Below are positions 19,798-29,254 of a stretch of DNA of 64,000 nt, in pieces. The position numbers were made by a program, and so were the translations under genes. The first letter of the stretch is position 1. Each line of letters opens with the position of its first letter. The notes beneath the pieces were generated by a model, which saw only the letters and a program-made list of their open reading frames with translations, had not been told where the DNA came from and did not search any database. The DNA is from an uncultured delta proteobacterium (lineage in GTDB: Bacteria > Myxococcota > Myxococcia > SLRQ01), in contig CAVSGM010000003.1 of assembly GCA_963727485.1 (NCBI GenBank), forward strand, positions 288,001-352,000. The letters run 5' to 3'.

Positions 19798-20406
19798 TCA
19801 GGTCCCTCCGCCCTCGGGGTGGATGACCCCGCAGGCGACCCGCGGTCCGGCGGCGCCGGCGGGCTGGGTGGTGAAGTCGTCGGCGCCGGCGTGGACCACC
19901 ACCGCGTGGCCGAGGACGTCGTCGGCGCTGCCGGTGCCCAGCTGCCAGCGACGGGTGGCGAAGACCAGCTCCCCGTGGCCGGTGGAGTCGACGTCGACGT
20001 TGCCGATGTCGCCGAGGTGGTAGTGGCCCGAGCCCCACTTGCCGTGGCTGTCGCGGGTGGGGTTCCAGTGGGGGCCGGCGGCGACGAAGTGGGCGCCGCT
20101 GCAGTCGCCCACCGCGTGGATGTGGACCGCGTGGAGGCCCGGCGTCGCGTGGTCGAGGGTGAGGCGCAGGGTGACCACGTCACCGGCCAGGGAGAACTCG
20201 GCGCGGCCGGAGATCTGCTGGCCCGGCGCCGGCGCGAGGACCGCCACCGCCTGGGTCGGGCCGGGCGCGGGCGTGGCGGACGCGGGCGCGGCGGCCCCGT
20301 GGGCGCAGCCGCCGGCGAGCAGCACCAGGGCCGCGGCCGTGACCGCCAACCGCGTGCCCGTCGGGCGACGGGGGATCTCGGGGAGCCGGGAGCGGGTCCG
20401 GACCAT
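19798..20406 (-). CDS. sodC: Cu/Zn superoxide dismutase lipoprotein
   Basis: Lipobox LAGGC, GLHAVHIHAVGDCS...AAGPHWNP...HG...HLGDIGN...AVVVHAGADD...QPAGAAGPRVACG. Confidence 0.95.
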   Translation of the reverse strand: MVRTRSRLPEIPRRPTGTRLAVTAAALVLLAGGCAHGAAAPASATPAPGPTQAVAVLAPAPGQQISGRAEFSLAGDVVTLRLTLDHATPGLHAVHIHAVGDCSGAHFVAAGPHWNPTRDSHGKWGSGHYHLGDIGNVDVDSTGHGELVFATRRWQLGTGSADDVLGHAVVVHAGADDFTTQPAGAAGPRVACGVIHPEGGGT

Positions 20407-20465
20407 GGCGTACCTCCGGAACACATGGGTAGCGCACCCGGCGGCCGATGCAAGCCCGGGCCGCC

Positions 20466-21101
20466 TCATCGCCCCCCCGCCGCCCGGAGCGCCTCGAGGA
20501 GCGCCTCGCCCGGCGTGTCCGGGTCGGCGCCGAAGGCGATCACCCCGTCCTGGTGCCCGCCCATGGACAAGAGGCGCGTGTCCGGGGCCGCCTGGAGGAT
20601 CCCCCGCACCGCCGCGGCCATCTCCGAGGTCCCGTAGCCGATGTCCGGGTCGGTGACCGGGAGGCCAAGCTCGGGGGCGCGGCGCCAGATGGCCGGGGCG
20701 TGGGCGTGGTAGACGTAGCGCGCTCCAGGGGCCGCGTCGTAGACCACGCCGTGGGTCATGGACTCGCTGGAAGGCAGCACCGCGCCGAAGCTCTCCACCG
20801 CGTTCGCCGCCGGGTCCCAGGCGACCACCAGGCACAGGTCGTCGAGGTCGGTGTGCCGTCCCGGCCGCCCGCCGGTCTGGGTGCCGGTGATCAGGAAGCC
20901 CCGGTCCACGCGCACCGAGAGGTTCCCGAAGCCGGCGCCGCCGTAGCGCGCCGGGTCCTGCCCCACCAGGCCCACCGCGCGCAGGCGGTCGCGCCAGCGG
21001 AGGATCCGGGCGGCGTCGCGGGCGTAGCGGGCGGCGTCGAGGCGGGCGCGGTGGTGGGTCGCCCGGAAGCGGATGACGCCTTCTTCGGGAGCGGGGAGCA
21101 C
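20466..21101 (-). CDS. Class II aldolase/adducin family protein
   Basis: EEGVIRF, GFGNLSVR, FLITGTQTG, PSSESMTHGVVY, VYHAH, YGT.EMA, MGGHQDGVIAFG. Start approximate. Confidence 0.85.
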   Translation of the reverse strand: MLPAPEEGVIRFRATHHRARLDAARYARDAARILRWRDRLRAVGLVGQDPARYGGAGFGNLSVRVDRGFLITGTQTGGRPGRHTDLDDLCLVVAWDPAANAVESFGAVLPSSESMTHGVVYDAAPGARYVYHAHAPAIWRRAPELGLPVTDPDIGYGTSEMAAAVRGILQAAPDTRLLSMGGHQDGVIAFGADPDTPGEALLEALRAAGGR

Positions 21102-21178
21102 GGAGCCGAGGGGATACCACGGGGCGCCGGCGAGGGGGAAAGCCGGGGGCCCGCCGAGGCCGTTCCCCTCGGCGCCCC

Positions 21179-21233
21179 GGCCCCGTCCCGCCTCGCCGGC
21201 CGGCCCCGTCCCGCCTCGCCGGCCGGCCCCGTC
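21179..21233. repeat. 23-bp tandem repeat (2.4 copies) in divergent intergenic region
   Basis: GGCCCCGTCCCGCCTCGCCGGCC x2 plus GGCCCCGTC. Confidence 0.85.
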
Positions 21234-21298
21234 GCGGCGCGCCCGGAGGCGCCCGACCATTGACCGGGGCGCGCCGCTGATCCATGTAATCCGCCGTC

Positions 21299-22828
21299 AT
21301 GTCAGGCAACGACACCCAGGAGCGGTCGCCCGAGGGCGCGGCCGGGAGCAGAAGCGAGAACGGCCGCGGTCGCGGTCCCCGGCGGAGCGCCGAGGGGGGC
21401 GGCCCTGGCGGCGGGCGCGGCCCCGGCGGCGGCGGACGTGGCCCCGGCGGCGGCGGGCGTGGCCCCGGTGGCGGCGGGCGTGGCCCCGGCGGCGGCGGAC
21501 GCGGCCCTGGCGGCGGCGGACGCGGCCCTGGCGGCGGCGGACGCGGCCCTGGCGGCGGGCGCGACGGCCGGGGTCGCGGGCGCGGCCGGGACCGGGACGA
21601 GGGCGGCGGGCGCGGCCGGAACGTCGCCCGCCTCCGGGACCTGATCACCCAGGTCGACCGCCCCCTGGTCAAGGGCGACTTCGCCGGCCAGCTGGCGCCC
21701 CTGGACCAGATGCGCCGGCTCTTCGAGGACACGGGCCTCAAGTCCCTCGACGAGATGGGCACCGACCTCAAGGCGCGGACCCTCACCCTGCTCCTGCGCG
21801 TGGGCCGGCAGGTGAAGGCCAAGGACGATCCCGAGCAGGAGGCCGCGCGCCTCAAGGTCCACGAGGCCCTGGCCCGGGTGTGGCTCGCCGCCCACGACGA
21901 GCGCCGGGCCGCCGCGGCGCTGGCGTCCGCCGGCAAGGAGAAGGCCGCCGCGGCGCTCCTCAAGGACAGCGGCGACTGGGAGGCGCGGGTCGAGCTCTAC
22001 CGGGCCACCGGGGAGACCGCCAAGGCCGCCCAGACCCTCGAGGGCCACGGCGACCTCGCCGCCGCCGCCGAGCTCTACGAGGAGGCCAAGGACCACACCA
22101 ACCGGGTGCGGGTGCTGCACCAGCTCGGCGACGAGGCCGGGGTGGTCGCCACCCTCCACCTGATGCCCCCCGAGGAGGCCGAGCAGCTCGCCGGCCGCTA
22201 CGGGGCGCTGGACGCCTGGGCCAAGGTGCTCACCGAGAAGCAGGACTGGCCGTCGCTCGCCCGGCTCTACGAGGCCCACGACCAGCCCGCCATCGCCGCC
22301 CGGGCCTGGGAGGAGGCGGGGGATCACGCCAAGGCGATGCGCGCCTACGCCCGCGCCGGCGACGCCGAGGGCCACGCCCGCACCGTGGACAAGGTGGTCG
22401 AGCAGCGCCTGGAGAAGCACGACGTCCTCGGTGCCGCCAAGTCCCTGGCCTCGGTGGGCAAGCTCGAGCGCGCCGCCGAGCTCGCCAGCGAGAAGCACCC
22501 CGAGCAGGCGCACCGGTGGTTCGTCGAGGGCGGCTACCTCGATCGGGCCCTGCAGCTCGCCCGCCACGAGGCCCGGAAGGCCGAGGGCCACGACGACTTC
22601 CGGCTCCGGGCCACCTGGCTCGAGCGCGCCGGCGACTTCGTCTCCGCGGCGACGCTCCTGGAGGGCCTGGGGCAGGTCGATCGGGCCCAGGCGCTCTACG
22701 AGCAGGCCAAGGCCTGGGAGCCCGCGGCGCGGTGTGCCGAGGCCCAGTCGAAGATGGACGAGGCGGTGGAGCTCTACTATCGTGCCGGGCTCTCGGAGGA
22801 GGCCGAGCGGGTCAAGCTCCTGGCCTGA
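21299..22828 (+). CDS. Alpha-solenoid (TPR/clathrin-repeat-like) protein with N-terminal (GGGGRGP)n disordered region
   Basis: 21-bp coding repeats at ~21398-21562, followed by repeats of the [26 protein letters not shown] type. Confidence 0.8.
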   Translation: MSGNDTQERSPEGAAGSRSENGRGRGPRRSAEGGGPGGGRGPGGGGRGPGGGGRGPGGGGRGPGGGGRGPGGGGRGPGGGGRGPGGGRDGRGRGRGRDRDEGGGRGRNVARLRDLITQVDRPLVKGDFAGQLAPLDQMRRLFEDTGLKSLDEMGTDLKARTLTLLLRVGRQVKAKDDPEQEAARLKVHEALARVWLAAHDERRAAAALASAGKEKAAAALLKDSGDWEARVELYRATGETAKAAQTLEGHGDLAAAAELYEEAKDHTNRVRVLHQLGDEAGVVATLHLMPPEEAEQLAGRYGALDAWAKVLTEKQDWPSLARLYEAHDQPAIAARAWEEAGDHAKAMRAYARAGDAEGHARTVDKVVEQRLEKHDVLGAAKSLASVGKLERAAELASEKHPEQAHRWFVEGGYLDRALQLARHEARKAEGHDDFRLRATWLERAGDFVSAATLLEGLGQVDRAQALYEQAKAWEPAARCAEAQSKMDEAVELYYRAGLSEEAERVKLLA

Positions 22829-22910
22829 CCCGCCGCGCCGACCCCCCGCGCCCGACCCACCGCACCCCGAGGCCCCGCGCCTCGGGGCCCAAGCCCCCCC
22901 GGAGAACGAC

Positions 22911-23927
22911 ATGGAGCTGCGCCACGACTGGACCCGGGAGGAGATCCGGGCGATCCACGATCTGCCCCTGATGGACCTGGTGTACCGGGCCCAGACGGTG
23001 CACCGGGCGGGCTTCGGCGAGCACAAGGTGCAGCTCGCCTCCCTGCTCAGCGTGAAGACCGGCGGCTGCCCCGAGGACTGCGCCTACTGCCCCCAGTCGG
23101 CCGGCCACCACGCCGAGGTCGAGGTCTCGCCCCTGATGCAGGTCGACGACGTCCTCGCCGAGGCGAAGGTCGCCAAGGACGCCGGCGCCAGCCGCTTCTG
23201 CATGGGCGCCGCCTGGCGCGACGCCCCGGAGAACGCGCACTTCGAGCGGGTCCTGGAGATGGTCCGCGGGGTGCGGGCCCTGGGCATGGAGGCCTGCGTC
23301 ACCCTGGGGATGCTCACCGAGGATCAGGCCCAGCGCCTCGCCGACGCCGGGCTCACCGCCTACAACCACAACCTCGACACCTCGCCCGAGTTCTACGACA
23401 AGATCATCCACACCCGCACCTACGAGGAGCGCCTGGTCACCCTCAAGCACGTGCGCCAGGCGGGGGTGGAGCTGTGCTCCGGGGGCATCATCGGCATGGG
23501 CGAGTCGGTGGACGACCGGGTGGGGATGCTCGAGGTCCTCGCCGGCCTCGACCCCCACCCCGAGAGCGTGCCCATCAACGCCCTGGTCCCGGTGGCGGGG
23601 ACGCCGCTGGCCGGCCGGCCGAGGGTCGACACCGTGGACCTGGTGCGGATGATCGCCACCGCGCGCATCCTCATGCCCCGGTCCATGGTCCGCCTCTCCG
23701 CCGGCCGCATGGAGATGAGCGAGGAGGCGCAGATCCTCTGCTTTCTCGCCGGGGCCAACTCGGTGTTCTTCGGGGACCGGCTGCTGACCACCGGGAACCC
23801 CGCCTGGGAGGCGGACCAGGCCCTGCTCAAGAAGGCGGGGATCGCGCCCCTCAATCCCGAGACCGACCGGCCGGCGCCCGAGACCGACCGGCCGCAGGTC
23901 GAGTCGAAGGAGCGCGTCGCCGGGTAG
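22911..23927 (+). CDS. bioB: Biotin synthase
   Basis: [15 protein letters not shown] radical-SAM motif, [47 protein letters not shown]. Confidence 0.97.
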   Translation: MELRHDWTREEIRAIHDLPLMDLVYRAQTVHRAGFGEHKVQLASLLSVKTGGCPEDCAYCPQSAGHHAEVEVSPLMQVDDVLAEAKVAKDAGASRFCMGAAWRDAPENAHFERVLEMVRGVRALGMEACVTLGMLTEDQAQRLADAGLTAYNHNLDTSPEFYDKIIHTRTYEERLVTLKHVRQAGVELCSGGIIGMGESVDDRVGMLEVLAGLDPHPESVPINALVPVAGTPLAGRPRVDTVDLVRMIATARILMPRSMVRLSAGRMEMSEEAQILCFLAGANSVFFGDRLLTTGNPAWEADQALLKKAGIAPLNPETDRPAPETDRPQVESKERVAG

Positions 23928-23993
23928 CGCCGGGCGCGCCTGCCATCTGGCGCCCCCGAAGCCTGCCACCTGGCACTGGCCGGGTCCGTCGCG

Positions 23994-24695
23994 ATGCCCC
24001 GCTACGACGCCGACTGGATCCGGGCCCACGCCGGCCCGATGACGCCCCGGCGGATGTCGGCGGTGCTCACCCGGGTGGCGGATCACCTGGGTCGCGGGCC
24101 CTCGACGCTCTCGGTGACCCGGGTCTCCGAGAGCCGGGACGCCTTCCACGTCCTGGTGGCCTGCCTCATCTCCCTGCGCACCCGGGACGAGGTCACCGAC
24201 GTCGCCGCCCCGCGCCTGATCGCCCGGGCGCCGACCCCGCGGGCCCTGGCGGCGTTGTCCGAGGCCGAGATCGCCCGGCTCATCCGCCCGGCGGGCTTCT
24301 ACCGTCAGAAGGCGAAGACCCTCCGGCACCTCGGCGCGGTCCTCGAGGCCGACCACCGCGGCCGGGTGCCGGACACCCTGGACGGCCTTCTGGCCCTCAA
24401 GGGCGTGGGCCGGAAGACCGCCAACCTGGTCCTCACCCTGGGTCACGGCCGGCCGGGGATCTGCGTCGACATCCACGTCCACCGGATCTCCAACCGCCTG
24501 GGCTTCGTGCGGACGAAGGCCCCCGACGACACCGAGCAGGTGCTCCGGGCGCGGCTGCCGAGGCGCTGGTGGATCCCGGTGAACGACCTGCTGGTGAGCT
24601 TCGGGCGGACGGTGTGCACCCCGCTCTCACCCCATTGCTCCACCTGTCCGGTGGCGGAGCTCTGCGGGCGGGTGGGGGTGGGACGGTCGCGGTAG
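23994..24695 (+). CDS. nth: Endonuclease III (HhH-GPD DNA glycosylase, 4Fe-4S)
   Basis: LISLRTRDEVT, LKGVGRKTANLV, VDIHVHRISNRLG, C-x6-C-x2-C-x5-C. Confidence 0.93.
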   Translation: MPRYDADWIRAHAGPMTPRRMSAVLTRVADHLGRGPSTLSVTRVSESRDAFHVLVACLISLRTRDEVTDVAAPRLIARAPTPRALAALSEAEIARLIRPAGFYRQKAKTLRHLGAVLEADHRGRVPDTLDGLLALKGVGRKTANLVLTLGHGRPGICVDIHVHRISNRLGFVRTKAPDDTEQVLRARLPRRWWIPVNDLLVSFGRTVCTPLSPHCSTCPVAELCGRVGVGRSR

Positions 24696-24740
24696 GTGCG
24701 CTTTCTCCCGGGCCTCCCGGGTGATAGCCTCGAGGCAGCG

Positions 24741-24939
24741 GTGAAGCAGGGAAAGACCATTCGCGTGGAGCGAACGCGGCGACCTGGCGAGCGCCCGCGG
24801 CCGGCGACGTCGACCATGGAGGCACGCATCGACGCGGTGTGGACCTTGACCCTGCAGTGCCTCGCCTGGGGGGACGGTGACGACAGCGAGCCCCGACTTC
24901 GTCGATCTCCATACGCGCGTTCAACGGGCACGGCGTTGA
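24741..24939 (+). CDS. Small hypothetical protein overlapping the nucleotidyltransferase start (one extra C near 24909)
   Basis: VKQGKTIRVER...EARIDAVWTLTLQCLAW...EPRLRRS, ending RVQRARR-TGA 24939 once one base is removed. Confidence 0.55.
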
Positions 24940-25366
24940 GTACCTGGTCGTCGGGGCCCACGCCCTGGCAGCCCATGGCTTCGTCCGGGCGACCAAGGAC
25001 CTCGACGTCTGGGTGCGGCCGAGCGAGGACAACGCCGGCCGGGTCCACGCCGCACTGCAGGCGTTCGGTGCGCCGCTCGATGACCTGACGCCCGCCGATC
25101 TGGCGACGGCGGGGACGGTGTTCCAGATCGGCGTGGATCCGGTCCGGATCGACGTCCTCACGGACATCGATGGCCTGACCTTCGAGGACGCCTGGGCCGA
25201 TCGGGTGGAGACCCGGTTCGGGGGGCAGTTCACAGCGGTGCTCTCCCGCAGAGCGCTTATCGCCAACAAGCGCGCCAGCGGCCGCCTCCAGGACCTCGCC
25301 GACGTCGAGCGCCTCGGCGCCGTTGCGGACGCCGCCGACGCCCCCGACGCCGACGCCGACGACTGA
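24877..25366 (+). CDS. Minimal nucleotidyltransferase (DUF6036-like; one extra C near 24909)
   Basis: PDFVDL(I)RAFNGHGVEYLVVGAHALAAHGFVRATKDLDVWV...RIDVL...LIANKRASGRLQDLADVERL; G[GA]xA and DxD NTase motifs. Confidence 0.85.
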
Positions 25367-25431
25367 CGGTGCCCGCGGCCACCCCGAGCGGCGCGCCTGC
25401 CCGACGCCACCGAGGCGACTAGACTGGCCTC

Positions 25432-25752
25432 ATGGTCCCCCCTCGCCGCGCCCTGTTCCCGCTCCTCTTCGGCATCGCCCTGGCCCCGGCCGGCTGCGTC
25501 CCCTACCTGGGGCTGCCCATCCCCGACACCCCCGAGGCCCACCGGTGCGCCGACGACTGCAGCGGCGACCACGCCGCCTGCTTGAGCCCGCCGTCGCGGC
25601 CCGAGCTCCCCCAGCCCCACGCCCTGACCAAGCAGAACCGGCCCCTGCTCACCCGGGACGATGAGCAGCAGCGCAGCGAGCGCTGCGATGCGAGCTACCG
25701 GACCTGCCTCCAGGCGTGCATCGACGCCGCCGCGCCGCCGGCGAAGGACTGA
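25432..25752 (+). CDS. Small Cys-rich lipoprotein
   Basis: Lipobox PAGC; CxxxCxxxxxxC and CxxxxxxCxxxC patterns. Confidence 0.6.
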   Translation: MVPPRRALFPLLFGIALAPAGCVPYLGLPIPDTPEAHRCADDCSGDHAACLSPPSRPELPQPHALTKQNRPLLTRDDEQQRSERCDASYRTCLQACIDAAAPPAKD

Positions 25753-25810
25753 CACCGCGCCGCCGGCGAAGGGCTGACGCCACACCGCCGGCGAGGGACC
25801 GACGCCGGGG

Positions 25811-26212
25811 CTACGGCGTCGCGGGACGCCGGGGCGACCGCGCCAGGGCGAGGAAGAGCACCAGGGCGCCGGTGACGAACATCAGCGGCTGGAGGAGCGA
25901 GTGGTAGCCGATCATGGCCACCTGCACCGCGATCCACCCCACGAGGATGGCGCCGGCGGCGAAGGAGAGCCCGCTGGCGAAGCGCACCCGGCGCATCTGG
26001 GCCACCGCGGCGAAGAGCAGGCTCCCCCCGACCACGAAGGCCAGGAGCAGGCCGGGGACCAGGTAGCTCGCGAACGGCGAGCCCTCGAGCACCGACGGCG
26101 ACAGGCCCAGGATGCCGCCCCCAGGGGCCGCGACCAGGGCGGCCCCACCGGCGACGGCGGCGACGCCGGCGAGGACCTCGAGGATGACGAGGACGATCTG
26201 GTTTCGGCTCAT
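25811..26212 (-). CDS. Four-TM membrane protein
   Basis: GGAGG SD; hydrophobic helices with LEGSPFASYLVPGLLL and GWIAVQVAMIG motifs. Confidence 0.75.
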   Translation of the reverse strand: MSRNQIVLVILEVLAGVAAVAGGAALVAAPGGGILGLSPSVLEGSPFASYLVPGLLLAFVVGGSLLFAAVAQMRRVRFASGLSFAAGAILVGWIAVQVAMIGYHSLLQPLMFVTGALVLFLALARSPRRPATP

Positions 26213-26237
26213 GGCGACCTCCTGTGCGGCTGCGGCC

Positions 26238-27893
26238 TCAAGGCCCCGCGGCGACCGCCGCCGCCGGGGCCCGGCGCTTCGGGGCGACGTCCGGCGCGCG
26301 GGCGGCACGCCCGAGGGCCTCGGCGTCGTAGAGGGTGGGCGCGGGCCCGCGGGTCGAGAGCAGGTCGCGCACCCGGGTGCGCAGCACCGACGCCGCGGCG
26401 GCGAGCCCGGAGAACGTCGCCCCGGCGACCCCGTGACCCAGGGTGCTCGCCCCGCACATCCACAGGCCTGCCACCGGGCTCCTCACCGGCCACGCCAGCG
26501 GCCCCACCTGCAGCGCCGACTTCTCGGTGCCGTAGAGGCTCCCGGCGGTGGTGGCGACATAGTGGACGTTGGTCAGGGGCGTCCCCACGCTGCGGAACAC
26601 CACCCGATCCGCGAGGCCCGGGAGCGCCCAATCCACCCGGGCGAGCAGGGCGTCGGCGAGGGCGTCCTTGTAGGCGTCGTAGTCGGCGCCCCGGTCGTCC
26701 ACCGGCCGCCCGGCGAAGCGGGCGAAGGCCTCGTGGGAGACGAAGGCGAAGGTCTCGAGGGTGTGGCGCCCGTCGTGGCGCAGGGTCGGGTCCTTGAGGG
26801 TGGTGGCGGTGAGGAAGAAGCCCGGCGGCGGTCCCAGGCGCAGGGGATCGTCGGTGGCGGCGTAGCGGTAGAACGCCTCGAGGTCGGCGGTCTCGGACCA
26901 CCAGAGGTTCCCCGAGTCCATCCCGAACGCCCGGGGGTCCTGGTCCAGCGCCAGGAAGAGGGCGAGGCTGGAGATGGAGTAGCGCGTGGCCTTGAGCTGC
27001 GCTCGCCGCAGGGCCGGGAGCACCTCGGGGTCGAGGAGGCGGGTGAAGGTGGTGTGGGGATCGGCGTTGGAGATGACCGCGTCGGCCCGGACCTCGGTGC
27101 CGTCGCCGAGCACCACGCCCACCGCGCGCCTGCCCTCGGTGAGGATCCGGGCCACCGGGGTGCGCACCCGGATCTCACCGCCGTGGGCCTTGAGCTGCTT
27201 GATGAAGGCCTTGGGGATCGCCCGGCCTCCGCCCCGCGGGTACCAGGCGCCGTTGAAGTAGTGCGACACCACCGCCGCGTGCAGCGCGGTGGGCGCCCGG
27301 CTCGGGGGCATCCCGTGGTCGCCCCCCTGGATCTGGAGGATCGCCCGGAGGAGCGGATCGTCGACCAGCCCGCCCACCACCCGCCCCGAGGGCAGGAGGC
27401 CGTAGCGCAGCACCGTGGGGATCCGCGACGGGAGCTTGAGGAGGTCCGCGGGCCCGGAGACGTCGAAGCCGGTGTCGAGCTCGTGGCCGATGCGCTCGAC
27501 GATGTCGAGCCACCGGTCGATGCCCTTCGCCTCCCGGGGGAAGCGCGCCCGGAGGCGCTCGGCGAGGCGGTCCTTGCCCGCGGGGACGTCGAAGCGCTCG
27601 CCGGCGATGGTGAGGTGGTCGAAGCCGTCGGGGTTCAGCTCGTGGAACACCAGGTCGGCGCCGACGCCGAGGCCCTCGTAGACCTGGCGCATCCGCCCGC
27701 CCGGTCCCAGGTCGCCGATGTAGTGGACCCCGGGGCTGAAGTGGTAGCCCTCGAGGCTGAAGGAGTGGCACCAGCCCCCGGGGAGGTAGTGCTGCTCGAA
27801 GACGGTGACCCGCTTGCCTGCCCGGGCCAGCGCCAGGGCGGCGGCGAGACCGCCGGCCCCGGATCCGATGACGACGACGTCGCGATCTGCCAT
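26238..27893 (-). CDS. Phytoene desaturase-like FAD-dependent oxidoreductase
   Basis: VVVIGSGAGGLAAA...VFEQH..PGGWCHSF, YPRGG, VISNADP, GTPLTN, GSLYG, GLWMCGAST..HGV.GA. Confidence 0.9.
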   Translation of the reverse strand: MADRDVVVIGSGAGGLAAALALARAGKRVTVFEQHYLPGGWCHSFSLEGYHFSPGVHYIGDLGPGGRMRQVYEGLGVGADLVFHELNPDGFDHLTIAGERFDVPAGKDRLAERLRARFPREAKGIDRWLDIVERIGHELDTGFDVSGPADLLKLPSRIPTVLRYGLLPSGRVVGGLVDDPLLRAILQIQGGDHGMPPSRAPTALHAAVVSHYFNGAWYPRGGGRAIPKAFIKQLKAHGGEIRVRTPVARILTEGRRAVGVVLGDGTEVRADAVISNADPHTTFTRLLDPEVLPALRRAQLKATRYSISSLALFLALDQDPRAFGMDSGNLWWSETADLEAFYRYAATDDPLRLGPPPGFFLTATTLKDPTLRHDGRHTLETFAFVSHEAFARFAGRPVDDRGADYDAYKDALADALLARVDWALPGLADRVVFRSVGTPLTNVHYVATTAGSLYGTEKSALQVGPLAWPVRSPVAGLWMCGASTLGHGVAGATFSGLAAAASVLRTRVRDLLSTRGPAPTLYDAEALGRAARAPDVAPKRRAPAAAVAAGP

Positions 27894-28013
27894 GGCACCC
27901 CCATACTAGCCACGGCGCGCGCCGTCACCGTGGGTGGAACCCCGGCGGGCACCCCGGGCCGGGCGGCGGGCGCGGGGGCTGGCGTCTCGCGGTCGCTGGG
28001 GCACAATGGCCCC

Positions 28014-28511
28014 ATGTCCCTCACCCTGCGCTTCGCCACCGCCGCCGACGCCAAGACCCTCCACCGGTTCATCGTGGACCTCGCCACCTTCGAGCGCGAG
28101 CCCGACGCGGTGGAGGCGACCCCCGAGAGCCTCGCCGCCCAGCTCGACAGCGCCCCGGCGCCCTTCCAGTGCCTCCTGGCCGAGGACGACGGCGAGGCGC
28201 TGGGCTTCGCCCTCTTCTTCCACAACTACTCCACCTGGCGCGGCCGGCCCGGCCTCTACCTCGAGGACCTCTTCGTCCCCGAGCGCCACCGGGGCCGGGG
28301 CGTCGGGAGCGCGCTGCTCACCCGGCTGGCCGCCATCGCCGTGGAGCGGGGCTGCGCCCGGATGGAGTGGGCGGTCCTCGACTGGAACGAGACCGCCATG
28401 GACTTCTACGCCGGCCTGGGCGCGGTGAAGCAGGGCGACTGGGTGATCCATCGCCTCACCGGTGAGGCCCTCGGGGCCCTGGCCGCCCGGGAGGCCGGCG
28501 ATGGATTGTGA
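28014..28511 (+). CDS. GNAT acetyltransferase (diamine/spermidine acetyltransferase-like)
   Basis: GFALFFHNYSTWRGRPGLYLEDLFV...RGRGVG...RMEWAVLDWN..A..FY..LGA. Confidence 0.92.
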   Translation: MSLTLRFATAADAKTLHRFIVDLATFEREPDAVEATPESLAAQLDSAPAPFQCLLAEDDGEALGFALFFHNYSTWRGRPGLYLEDLFVPERHRGRGVGSALLTRLAAIAVERGCARMEWAVLDWNETAMDFYAGLGAVKQGDWVIHRLTGEALGALAAREAGDGL

Positions 28512-29220
28512 CGGCTTCCAGGCGCGGCTGCTCTCGGTGATGGAGCGCAAGGACCACTGGGCCTGGCCAAGGTTCACCTCGGGCCAGGTGCCGGCGGACC
28601 GGCTCCACATCCACTTCGAGCAGGAGTGGGCCACCTACGTCCGCGACTTCCCGGTGCTGGTGGGCTGGGCCTACGTGCAGTGCCCGGTGGCCGTGGTGCG
28701 CCGGGCGCTCGCCGAGAACCTCTACGAGGAGGAGACCGGGGGCCTGGCCGCGGGCCGGCCGCACCCCGAGCTCTTCCTCGAGTACCCGAAGGGCCTTCGC
28801 ATGGACCTTCGGCGCTTCGAGGACGTCACCCTGCTCCCCGGGGCGCGCGCCTACCGGGCGATCCTCGACGAGACCACGCGCCACCGGGGGTGGGCGGTGG
28901 CCACGGCGGTGACCACGATCTTCGTCGAGGGCACCCGCTACGAGCGCGGCGAGCTCGATCCCGCCGCGCCGAGGCGGCCGGAGCCGCCGCTCGCCGAGCA
29001 CCCCCTGGTGCGCCACTACGGCCTCCCCGAGGCGGCCCTGGCCCTCACCCGGGCCCACCGGGCGGTGGAGGGCGGGCACCGGGCGGCGGCCTGGGGCGCC
29101 CTCCTCGACCACGTCGACGACCGGGACCGGCCCGGGGTGATCGAGGCGATGGAGGAGGTCCTCGACGCCTGGCTCGACTACCGCGACGACGTGGCCTTGG
29201 CCTGCGGCGTCACCCGGTAG
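28501..29220 (+). CDS. Heme-oxygenase-like diiron oxidase (PqqC/CADD/TenA fold)
   Basis: ENLYEEETG...HPELF, FVEG, HRAVEGGH: E..H..E..HxxxExxH metal ligand pattern. Confidence 0.8.
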   Translation: MDCDGFQARLLSVMERKDHWAWPRFTSGQVPADRLHIHFEQEWATYVRDFPVLVGWAYVQCPVAVVRRALAENLYEEETGGLAAGRPHPELFLEYPKGLRMDLRRFEDVTLLPGARAYRAILDETTRHRGWAVATAVTTIFVEGTRYERGELDPAAPRRPEPPLAEHPLVRHYGLPEAALALTRAHRAVEGGHRAAAWGALLDHVDDRDRPGVIEAMEEVLDAWLDYRDDVALACGVTR

Positions 29221-29254
29221 GGGCGCCCGGACCGATGCGACGCGACCCGGCGGG

